A stretch of DNA of 64,000 bases from positions 3,952,303 through 4,016,302 of the forward strand of contig CM082582.2 of assembly GCA_040954595.2 (NCBI GenBank), given 5' to 3'. This document shows positions 42,601 to 54,600 of this stretch, one piece after another (the first letter of the stretch is position 1; every line of letters starts with the position of its first letter). Origin of the DNA: Balanoglossus misakiensis. Lineage: Eukaryota > Animalia > Hemichordata. The notes below the pieces were generated by a model. The model saw only the letters and a list, made by a program, of their open reading frames with translations. It did no database searches and was not told where the DNA came from. The position numbers were made by a program, and so were the translations under genes.

Positions 42601-45600
42601 CATACACACAATATTGACCGAAGCTATAATTGCTTCTTGGCTATGTTTCCATAACTAAGCTTGGATCGAAAGTGACAACTTTAACAATGTCTTAATGACT
42701 AAACAGCCATCACTTTGAGGGGTGTAGTCGTCTAAATAATGTATTTTGCAAATTGCATGTGCTCGACTCTGTTATAACATGTGGTCTATTACATGGCTTT
42801 TCCTTGGCCTGTGCTCTCCATGCTAACACCAGAAATCAGAATTAGGAAGTATCGAATATCTGGTCTTAACACACTTACCCTAGTTTCTTTCTTTGGAAAG
42901 AAGAAAACATTTTTGGAAGTGTCTGTTTGACTTGTAGTCAAGACAGACGAGTTCTGTAATGTTAACATTATACATACTCTAAATGGGTGCATGTTAGTAA
43001 TAATTGAACTTATGCATGCATGTTACAATTAGCGGCACCATTGTGTCTCTTTTTCTTCGTCTTATATTCCTGTCATTGCTGTTTCTGTTCTTGGAAAAAG
43101 TCTCCTGGCCAGAATGGTTTTCTCATAAAGCAGTCTCTTAAACACACTTGTAATATTCTTGGACTAGTCCTTTGTCACATGGCTTGCTAGTATATGCAAG
43201 TCAATGTGATGAAATATGAGCAGATATCTTAACTTTGTTGCATGATGACAGTTCATATGATGTAACACACTGATGGCTGCATCTGACTCAGTTGCTTAAT
43301 GCAGACTGATTTGTTCGTTTCTGTTGACAAACATACTTTACAAGCACAGGGTTTCATCCCCCTCAGCAATTGACATTTGACCCATTGTGCATGGGTCATG
43401 TGACTGTAATAGTTGATGTCACTATTTCCCTCAGGAAATAGACATAGCAACTGATAATGTCATGAATTTAAATTTTACTTTGCCTTGCCACTCATATACA
43501 AACTTTGGCATTTGTTTCCATGACACACACACACGTACCAAGTTGAATCTCTAACCTACAAGTTATGACCCTAACACCAATGTGTACTGTGACAGGATGT
43601 GAATGGACAAACCAGAAAATACAAAACTTGGGATGGTTGATTGCATCTCTCTGCTCATTGTGTTATTTGTCAGGTCTGTTTTTCTCATTACATTTCATTT
43701 CATTCATTTCATCTGTAGACTACTACATTAGAAGGAGATCACAAGATAAAGAAGAGAAAGTTGGTAAGTTTTGCATGATTGGTTACTGCTGTATCATTAC
43801 TATTAAAAGCAGAATCTGAATACATGTATAACCAAGTCCCTAACTTTCTGAGCACAATGAGCATAAAATGTTGAGTTGATTTACAAAATTTCTTCACCAC
43901 ATTTGGTTGGTTGACATTTGCACACAAAAAGTCTCAAGCAATTCCAAATCTGTCTTCAGTCTTCCTTTCCTGTGAAAACTTCTTTTTATCCGCTCTTAAC
44001 TACATTTCTGTCTGCATCTTTTGTTTCCGTCGCTCCTGTCCATTCCTCATTCTGTCTACTGAGTAGAGCATCCATCTGTTCAAGTAGATCCTTCAGGTTC
44101 TCATAGAAAAAGATCGAAACAGAGGAGATCCTCTCGCAGTAAGTGACATCCTTGCTTTCTAACGCTGTCAAGATCTGACTCCCTATTTTCTGCTAAACAT
44201 ATCAGATCATCCTGTAGCTGTGACTCTGGGAATATTCTTTTTATTGATATGTGGTTGGTCTAGTGGGTCTTAGTTACTGTACGTGCCATAGTTGATATCA
44301 GACACACAGAGTATGGCAGAGTTGTCATGACTGATGTTGGACATGAAACACTGTCTGAATTCTTTTTAAAGGGAAACATTCTAGATCTTCTGATGGATCT
44401 CGCGCACACAGACTGAGAACAAGCAGAAAGTCAGATATTGTTTTACCTGAGAGTGAGTTTACTGAGATGATTTGATTTTTTCAAATTTTTAATTGCTCGT
44501 GGCAACAGTGACTGCATCGGGCATTTATAGAGCATGTAGAAACCAGAGGTTTTTGGCTGCAATAGGTTAATCTGTTCCATTGGTTCTGCCAGTATTGAAC
44601 AAGCAATATATTCATTTGTGACTGTACTTGGCATCTTGGTCTTATGCTTGTACTGAATGGTTTCCCTTCATCTTCCTTGTATGAAAGGCAAGAGCTATCG
44701 GCGAAACAAGGCTAAGTTTGAAAAGAATAAGGCGGCATCTGATAACAGTGAGTCAGAATTAACAGTTTGAGCTTTGGTAACATTTTTGAGCATGCATTCG
44801 TTCAATTGCTGTGGAATGTCTGATAAAAATTGGCAGTTAGTCCGACTTTGTAGGTAACTGTTGCATGATGTTGTTGGGTAGAATTCAAATTGCACTGAGT
44901 AGATTGAAACTGTACTAACTATAAAGTTTTTTGAATTTGACAGCAACTTACTCTCTTAATGGCAATGTCACAATGTACAAGCCTGCACGCTTTTCTTAAA
45001 TTCTACACCCTCTGCGTTGTTTGGTGTCCTTTGTATCATTGCTGTGTTTTTCTTCCTAAACACCTGAAGGCCATTCGCCCCCATCTTCACCATCACCATC
45101 ACCACCACCTCAACACCACCAAACTTTATCCAAGTCCTACAGCTGGGTTGATGATTACTCACTTTCTGAGTCAAGTGACAGTAAGTCAACACCTAGAGCT
45201 CTTACTCACCATTCTCTCTTCTTTTCTGGGTTTTTCTTTCTTCACTGTTTCCTTCTGTCTTTCCTTCAATGTCTGTCATTCTTTCTTTAAGGTGACACAT
45301 CCCCAGAACGGATTGAACCGATGGAATTTGATCAGGGTAATTATACCAACCCCTCAAGCATGCATCAAATCTGTAACATGCTATGTGGTCTGGAAGTGCC
45401 AGATTGTACACTTCAATTTTGTCTCACAGGTCCAAGGTTTCTCATGATTTAATTTTAATCTCCAGGTACCCTTTGGGAGTGATTACTCCATTCATAACCC
45501 TTGTACTACAGAAATACAAATATTCTAACCAGCATGGCTAAGGTTTTAACTATTTGAACATCACATCAACAGTGTTTCCTCTAGAAAAAAATTCCCTCGC

Positions 45601-48600
45601 TCGGTCAAAACGAAAGTCTGCAACCGGTAGTCCTTCCATTTTAAGAAGCCTCAGATTATCACCATACTCATTGCCCAGTCGTTTTATATTGTGTTGTGAG
45701 TACGCGGTTTTGCACGTCCAGTTATGGCAACTGAATCCTTGCATGGTCTAAATTCTAACATTTCTGTTACAGGTCTCCGCATGAAGTCATGATTTGAAGT
45801 CTTGTTTTCCAGATATATAGCAATTGTGACATTGTCAGTCATATTTTTTAATTATAAACGTCTCTATATTCACTCTTTCAGATGATGAAAATGATCTGAT
45901 GTCATTGCTTGCTTCAGGTGATTCCCACAAATCAGCCCAAGAACAACAAAAAGGTAAGTCTTTAATATAAAATTTAGGGTTTTAAAAACCAATCATGATT
46001 TAAGATCAAAGGTAATATACGCCATTCCCAGCAGAAAGGGGTCTTATGGGAGTACAATACTTATGACCATAAGACCCCTTCCTGCTTGGGATGGCCCAAT
46101 TATATAAATTGTCGAAATTCTTCTGATTGGTCTAACAAAATATCGACCCATTTTCTTCAATATAAAAATTATCAACCAGTTTTATTTACATAATTGTATG
46201 TCATACCAATAGGAAATTTCTTCAAGTTTAAAGCTCCATTAGCTGTAACTTTACGCTGTGTTTTCAGTATTTTTGTTGTGTGTATCTACTGCAGTTTCTT
46301 TTTCAAATTCCTGATACATGATAAAGAATTGCCCAGAATTTATCTTTCCCTTTAAGACAAATCATATTCTGTTCATTACAGAAAGTTACAGTGCTAGGAT
46401 GAAGCAACAGAGGAGGAGTTATGGGAGATATGCTGACAGAGAAACAGAGATGAGACCAGTTCCTAAAGAAGGTGAGAAAAATTACCATTTGAGTGTGAGT
46501 TGTAACTTGTGCTAAGTATTAGCGTGGGAATCCAGCGACTATTTGAAATCATGCTTTTTGTGTCACTTGTGATCTGCATCGTTTCCATACTACAGCCAAA
46601 CCTGTGTTAGTGGCCACCTCTATATAGTACACACTTTGTTACAATCCCTGTGCAATCGATGTACACGTTGACTGGCCACTATAGACAGGTTTGAGAGTAT
46701 CGCAATTTTTCACATCATGATTGGCAGCAGAGCATACCTTTGTGTTTCGTTTATCCTGACTTTGTCACATTTGTTGATGGTAAAGGTTCCAGATCCCGAC
46801 AACAGAGAAGGAAAGACATATCACCAGCGGTAACAGATGATGATCCGGACAGTAAGTGTCCTCTAGGGCATTGTGACTGTTAGTTATATCACCATCTAAC
46901 ACTGTTACTTACACAGGCATGGAGTTCAAACCATTAATGTCAGTGGCATTTTGTCAACAGGTTCATATGCAGGGAAATACTAATAATTGGTTTTTGAGCT
47001 ATTTATTCTACAGTGCTTGAAATGGAGACCAGTATCTCATTCCTGTGTTAATGGCATATTAGTAAAAAATATAAAATATATTTTTGTGAATAATGCCGAT
47101 TAATACATAAAAGTTTGCAATGCACAGTATGTATAATACACCCATATTCCTTGAATCAGTGAATGCTTTGTTGACATGAGTGATTGCCCCTAGCTTGCAG
47201 CATGAACAGTAAAGGGACCTGAAAACCTTAACACATTTGTCAAACTGACAAACTTTCTTTCTTGAGCCCATATGAGTGAGCACTGCTATCGTATGTCCAA
47301 TATTACTTTTCATTAAAATGCATCCTTCATATGTAGATGCTTTTGCTTTCAACTTTCACTGTCACTTGATTTCTGATGATAACACTGGTTTTAATCCAAG
47401 TCGATGTGAGATATCGGTTATCTCTCCTATGATGCACAGTTTGTCGAAAATTACATTTTGAATGTTGTTTTTTGTGGTAGAGAAGAGTTCATGATTTGAT
47501 TTCATATCAGAATGTCACATCAAATTAACACAATGACGTTGATTTTAAGTACAGTACAATACTATGAAAATGCATAAATTCAAGATAAGAATCACAACAC
47601 AGTGCTTAAAACCATATATTGAGGGTTTGACATTTGGATTATAATCAGTGTTATATCACTTTAATTTATAGTGTGTTTCTTGTATGTGTCTGGCTTCAAA
47701 TGTTTGCCTTCTCTCTCTTGCAAAAGCTGTCACAGTTAAACTACGTCGTGTACGTAGAAGATCCCTTGAAGGAATGTCACCAGAAAGTAAGTTAGTTCAA
47801 GAATGCAATTGGTCAAGTTTTAAAGACTACTTCTATTTTTCAAACAATTTGAAAATTTAACATATTTGCATATTAAAGAGGAGAGTTTTGCATTTCTTGC
47901 CTCTTCAATAACTATTCAGGTTTGCTATTGCTCGATCTAACATGGTTACTCAGCTGTATCAAACAAACAAACAAACAAACAAACAAATAAATAAATAAAT
48001 AAACAAAGTATGCTTTGCAAATTATTTATTTTGCAGAGATGTTCAGTTTCTAGAATAATTGCATTATTGCCATGATATTATTAAACCTATTGAATGCCTA
48101 CAGTTGAAATGCTTTCATGATGAACATTAAAAAAATTGTATTATATCTAGAAAATCCTTTTCTAACATGAGCCACCCTCACATTTCCTACCCAATGATAT
48201 TAAACTAAAGAAAGGATCTCTAGACTTGATAGGAGGTGCTTGACCCTAACTCTTAGCCTTTCCCACTATCCCATAATCGAAGAGATATAGCATCTTCTCA
48301 TGTTTCATGTCATTTTGCTGTATTATGCAATAAACTGCATTTCTGGTATGCTAGGAGATGCGAGCATGAGTCAATCCAAAGCTAAAAGTGAACGCAAGTC
48401 GTCATCTGGGAAAGAGGCAACCCAGCGTAAGTAAAAAATAGTGGCTAAGTGAATGTGTACCCTTAGATGTGATGATCTCAACGTTTTTGTTGAAATTAAC
48501 TCTGGAATTTGCATGTATTTCTATTGACTGCCCACTCATCTGACAAACTATCTTTGTGTCAGTATTCTCATTAAGGTACAAACCAGAAAATCATCATCTC

Positions 48601-51600
48601 TGATGATAGAATCCATTGTCAAAAGCATGTTGTCTTGTACATTCTGACCAAACCACCAAATGCAGAATTTCGTGTAAATATTCCTACATCTAACAAATTC
48701 ATCAATGTGATTCCTCAGTTGGAAAGAAACTAAGTACATGTATTTACATTTGACGTTAACTTGTCCCTTTCAAAAACAATAAATTATAATTATAGCTTTC
48801 CTACAAAGTAGCAGCAGACTTTTGATTTGATCTGTACGAAACTCTGATTGAAATACTAGTAACCTTAGAGAAAATACTGTCACATGGTTTTATCACGTTT
48901 CCTTCTACTTGTGTCTTTCTTTCTTTCCTTCATTCTATCTTTCTCTTTATCTATCACGTTCCTTTCATGCACACTTTGCAATTGTGTGATCACTTTTCTC
49001 ACCTCTTTCTGTGCTGTGTGTGTAAACACTATCCTAGGCTACACTGAGTCTGAGAGTGCGGACAGTGAAACAGAAGTCACTGTTGTTTATACCCAAGGTG
49101 AGATCAAAGCGTTTCCAATATGTCACTCTACTCATACAAACCTGCCCATCATTCTTCTCCAAAATCCCATTGTCAATTTGTCTGGAATTATTCCCGTGTG
49201 CATGAAATTAAAACAAATTTTATGATTGTACTGTTAAACATACTGCATTGCAGTTCACAAGTAACAAAGTTCAAAAATAACTTTCTCAGTGAATTCAAGA
49301 AAACTGTGAAAGCCATTGTTGGCACTGATACTGTTCAAAATATCCCCAAATTCATATTTGACATAATTTAATCATAAAAGGAAATAAAGATATAACTAAA
49401 TACAATGTAGGTACTGTCTTTTCCAAGCTTTGTGCATGTATTAAGAACAGTTGACATAGGTAAGTGTTGTTTCAGTGGTTGATAAGTGTGTCTTCTTTCA
49501 TGTACTTATATTCTGGCCCAAAGTGTGATTTGATTCACACTGTCAGGCATCGTGGTTTCGAATAAAACCCATGAGAATATACTAGCGATTGAAAGATCTC
49601 AGAAAAGACTAGTCTATGGTATTTGCCACATGCCCAGATTGTGTGGAAATCAAGTACTTCACCTGGGCCAGTCTACATGCAGCTTGTAATCTGGTCAATT
49701 TTTAAACCTTTCCACTTTTCAACAGACAAAAGAACGCCAACAGATTACAATGCAAATGTGGCAGGTAAGTTGGGGTGCTGGCAATTCTCAAAAGCATGGC
49801 TCAAATATAAGTCTTTCCCCGATGTACGTTTGATATGGTGACGTAGAGTTACTCGGTCACAACCAGAATAACTAACTCGTGCTTGGACAATTTCTTCTCT
49901 AACCTGGGTCAAAGACAATGTATGGTACCGTGAAGTATGTTTTGCTGTCAATGATCCAAGATGGCCACCAGGCAATCATTTGTAATCAAGACTTTTTCAT
50001 GTTCAGAGCCATGACACATGCCTGAACAGATCTCATTCAAGCTTGGCATATAAGGACAATGTACTATTATGTACATATGCATGTCAATCTGTGTTTATAT
50101 GATATAAAGATCCAATATGGTGGTCTATTACAGCATGCTACCCAGCAGCCATTTTGTTGCAGTCAAGTTATCTCTCAAAACATGCTTGTTGTACACATTT
50201 GAACCTATGCGACTATCCAAGGTTTAATGTGATGTTCATGTCTGCTGTTGCAATGTTATGTTCCTTAACATGTCTAAGGGATAATGTACTACATGTATAT
50301 GTGCATGACAAATATTTGTCAATGATTGTTTTGTGACATGCTCAAATGTAGTACTAGGCTAATTAATACCTTATGAGAACAATTTTCAGAACCATGATGT
50401 CCTCCAGTTTTTATCTCACGGGGACCATGTCATTCCGACAATGACCTGTTCACTATCGCTTTGCTTTGCTCAAACGCAGGCAATGGATGGGCTTTGCATA
50501 GCCTGATCTTTACATGTAGACAAATCTGAGCATAACCAAAAGGTTCCCCTTGCTTGCTACAACTGCCATGATTAACAAACACTCACCACCATGGATGTTC
50601 CACCTGTACCTGAATAGCTGCCCAAGTCCAAGGTCATTTTTTTTTAATTTTCCTTTAGCCTGAGTCATCAGATTTGCTGAAGACGTCAGCATGATGATCT
50701 TATTTCTCATTTCATTTAAATCAGTGGCTGATTCCACCAATAACTTTACTACAGGACTGAGTTATTCTATTCTTGATGGAAACATGGCAGTCTTAAAACG
50801 TAGTTCATGTCCTAAACCCTGCCCTTAAAGTGGTGCCTTCAATACTTCCAATCCCATGGAAGTGTGGCCCACTACTAGGGAAATCATGGCAGTAACATTT
50901 CATGAATTACTCTAGTTGAATGTACCCCATCGCTTTTGCTACCTGCATCGTATCCTAGACCATGCCGACTGTCGCCGTGACAACAGGATTGCTTTCTTGT
51001 CTCTGTCAGAGCAGCGCATAACTTGCATGGCTGTTTCAACATCGGCTGTCAATCCAATGTATCCATTGCAGTGTCCTGACTGTATCTCTTCTGTCTCTGA
51101 CTGCTTTCTGTGTTTCTGCTAACATCTTTCTCTTCTTTTTCCTTCTGTGTATCTGTTATTCTGCTCACCCTCTCTTTGCTGTCTGTGTGTCTGTCTTATG
51201 TGGCTCTTCACATGAAGATGATTTAGAACCCACTGACGTGTTGTTTTACATTGACACAGCCGACTCCTATCCCGAGGATGGTAACACGCTTCCTTCACAC
51301 TCTTCTCTCATCCTTTCTTTCACTTTGTCTTTTCTCTCATTTGAAAACAAAAATCCACTGCATTGTCTGATCTGTTGTGTTATATTCTCTCTAAAGTTAA
51401 TTTTGAAGATCAATCTTCTCTGATGTCAGATGAGCAAGCCAGAAATCGCTCTTCAGGTACTTCCTCCCATTCTGCATGCAGCTAGGCTCTTGTCTTCTGT
51501 GGCATGAAGTCTCTTTTGGAATTTGGAAGCTACGTCTTTTTTGAAAATTAAAATTTTACGTTCAACTGTACTCTTGAAAATTGAATGTATTTAAAATTTT

Positions 51601-54600
51601 TCAACTCCTCATGCTACAAATTAGATTGGACACAAAGGTCTTTAGTCTTGAATAGCTTTTATAAACTTCCACCTCATCTGCCTGTATTCTCTCTCTCTTC
51701 TACAAAAGCCAAAGATCAAACCCTTGTTAAAAACAAAGGTGCCCTTCCAAATTTATGGTCGCCATCGACGCCAACAACTCACTACCCAGAAGACTGGCCA
51801 GAAGATTCCTTCGACATGCAGCTGGAACTGCAACAGAAACAACAACAGCAACTTCTTGAAGAAAACAAGATTCTGAAACAGAAAATGAAAGCTTTGACTT
51901 CGGCCCAGAAAGATCAACTGCAGTTGGTGCCCAAACAGTTACTGCAGCTGTCTCCAGAGGAACAGCTGCAGTTGGTGCCCAAGGAATTGTTGCAGTCACT
52001 TTCCGAGGACGAACTGCGCTTGCTGACCACTGGTCACTTGCAGTTGGTACCCAAGGAGATGTTGCAGGCCATCTCGGAAGACAAGTTGCAGTCGTTGTCC
52101 GAAGAAGAGATGCAGTTGGTTCCAAGGGAAGTGTTGGAGTCCATCCCCAAGGACAAACTACAGAAGACTGCAGAGTCCTCCTCTTCCAAATCCGATGTTC
52201 AGATCCCCTCGGAACTGATCTCACAGCTGCCTCCACAGATCATTGCCAAACTTCCCCCGCAGATCAAAAACAAAATAGATCCAGCGATTCTAGCCCAGCT
52301 ACCACCGCCAGAAATCTTAGAACAACTCCCGTCAACATCAGAGCTCGTCAAAGAACACATACACTTGCACTCCCAGCCAGTTCCTCCAAAGGTCAAGGGT
52401 CAACTGGACTACGACAAACTGCATTATCAAAAGCCATTGCCTCCAACACCAGAGAGTATTCCAGTGAAGTATATCTCTGATGAAAGAAGCGCCAAATATT
52501 ACAGTCCACTACCTCCCACTCCACCAAGCTCTCGGCAACACGCGCCTCTACCAGCAACTCCTGATATGTCAGCAACTGACAGTGACACTAGTGAACAACT
52601 GAACAGGCCAATCTATCAGCCGTCTGCAATGTTTGCTGCTACAGATGGGACTCCCTATCCCCAGTATCAATCACTCCAATCTGACGACACGGAGCGGACG
52701 ATACGAGGCCAATCCCCAGGCCAGTTGCCGCCGGTGATGAACTCTGGAAACACGGAACAGTCGACGCAGAACGTGGATGTCAGAGCTGTGCAGGGCCAGG
52801 TGCCTGTGGTCATGCCTGAAATCATTGTGGTCAACAGGCCCAATAGAAGATTAATTCCTGTCTCTGATGTTGAAGATGATGAAGCGGCGTCCAACCAACA
52901 AGGAGCAATTCTACCCAGAAATCTCCCCCTGCTGCCCAATACTCCAGCTCTTCTTCTACAAGGTATTTGTTGTCTTGCCAACAACGCTGCATGACCTGGG
53001 TGATGAAAAGCTACAAATAGGACTTTGTTGCATTGCAAAGTACTAACAATGCTCTCTATTCTGCTGCATGTAAATCAATAGAAGAGAGACAATCTGAATC
53101 ACCATCGTGGAGATGGTTTGTCTGTGCCAGAAACAAGTAGTGCTTTGTTTCAATTAATGCAGAAAATGAAGCCAGCATACTTGAATGCAAGAATCAAATG
53201 TATTTGTCACAGTCATACATTACAATGTAGTGTGATGCAATGTGACAAAATTTAACGTTCTACCATGCATGTGGTGCTGAGGCTGCCCACAGAATGTGAT
53301 GTACTGTGATGCATGTCCTCTTGTTGAAATGTGCCATTTTCTAATGATGCATGTGATACAAGCCAGATGAAGAAAATGTGATGTGATGCATTGTGAGAAA
53401 CTAGAGGGAGATGGCAACTTACAGTATGCAAAGAGGAAACCCCTTTCTACAGTACACATGGCAAGTTTTAAAGAAAGGACATACAATCATTAGTGCTTGG
53501 AAGAGCACTATTGGGAATATAAAAATAGCCATGTACTGTATGCATGCATGCATGGAAAGATGACAACTGCAGGCTTCATTCACTGCTTTGCATTTCGGGA
53601 AATAACTTTCATTGCACCTTGCAAGTATGTGCGAGTGGGACATATATTGAAACAATTCTCCCGCCTTCCTTCTCTCTCTCTTCTCTTTCCATCTCTGTCT
53701 CAGATCCTGAGTTAATGCAGCTTCCAAGACCTACTTTAGAAACATTACTTTATCTCTACAAAGGTACATTTTTTGTTTGTCTCATTGAATTTGTTGGCAT
53801 GTATTTGCTGTGGTGCAACTAGACTGTACAAGAATTGCCATCATGGTCAAGTGTGATCATTTTCTACAATTTGGTGTAGATAGTAGTGATGTCCATAACA
53901 GAACAAGGTAGTGAGACTTGTACATCCTTGTCCCTTGTAGAGCACCTCTCTACAGACAATACAAGCCTAATGCCCAATGAATACTCCACACCATTGAAAC
54001 TTACATGTACCTGTTCACATCTCTGAAATGAAAACTGAACAGCCTGTACAGTTTCAGTTCTGATGTAGATTCCCCCACCCTCTCCTCTCTTAGTATACAA
54101 TGTACATTGTACCTCTGCTAGCAACAGAAGATCAGTAGCCTTTATGGAACCCATCCTTTTGTTACGTACATTTCAACAGTTTGCCTGTCCATTCCAATAC
54201 TTCTACACAAAAGTACATTAGAGTACATGTGTCTTGGTTTTCTCTGGATTATGAGGATCTTTATACACTTTTCTGAAACTTAAAAATAAACTTAGTCATC
54301 CTTTAGAACAACCCCCATTCCCCATTTGTGTTTGCAACCGGCCATGTAAACATTGTATGTTGACTGATGAACTTTATGGATGGGCTTTGGATGGGTATAA
54401 TGATCAAGCTATCAAAGAATAAAAACATTACATGACTACATATTACATCAGATATGCTTTGTAAATTGATATGTGTTTTAATTTTGGCCATTAGAGTATC
54501 TGAGAGAGGAAGAATTGCCTGATTCAGAAGGTAGGTGGACTGTGGCCGTGGTCTTGCTATACTGCATTGCTGTGTACTTGCAGGATAGTCAAATAGTTAA

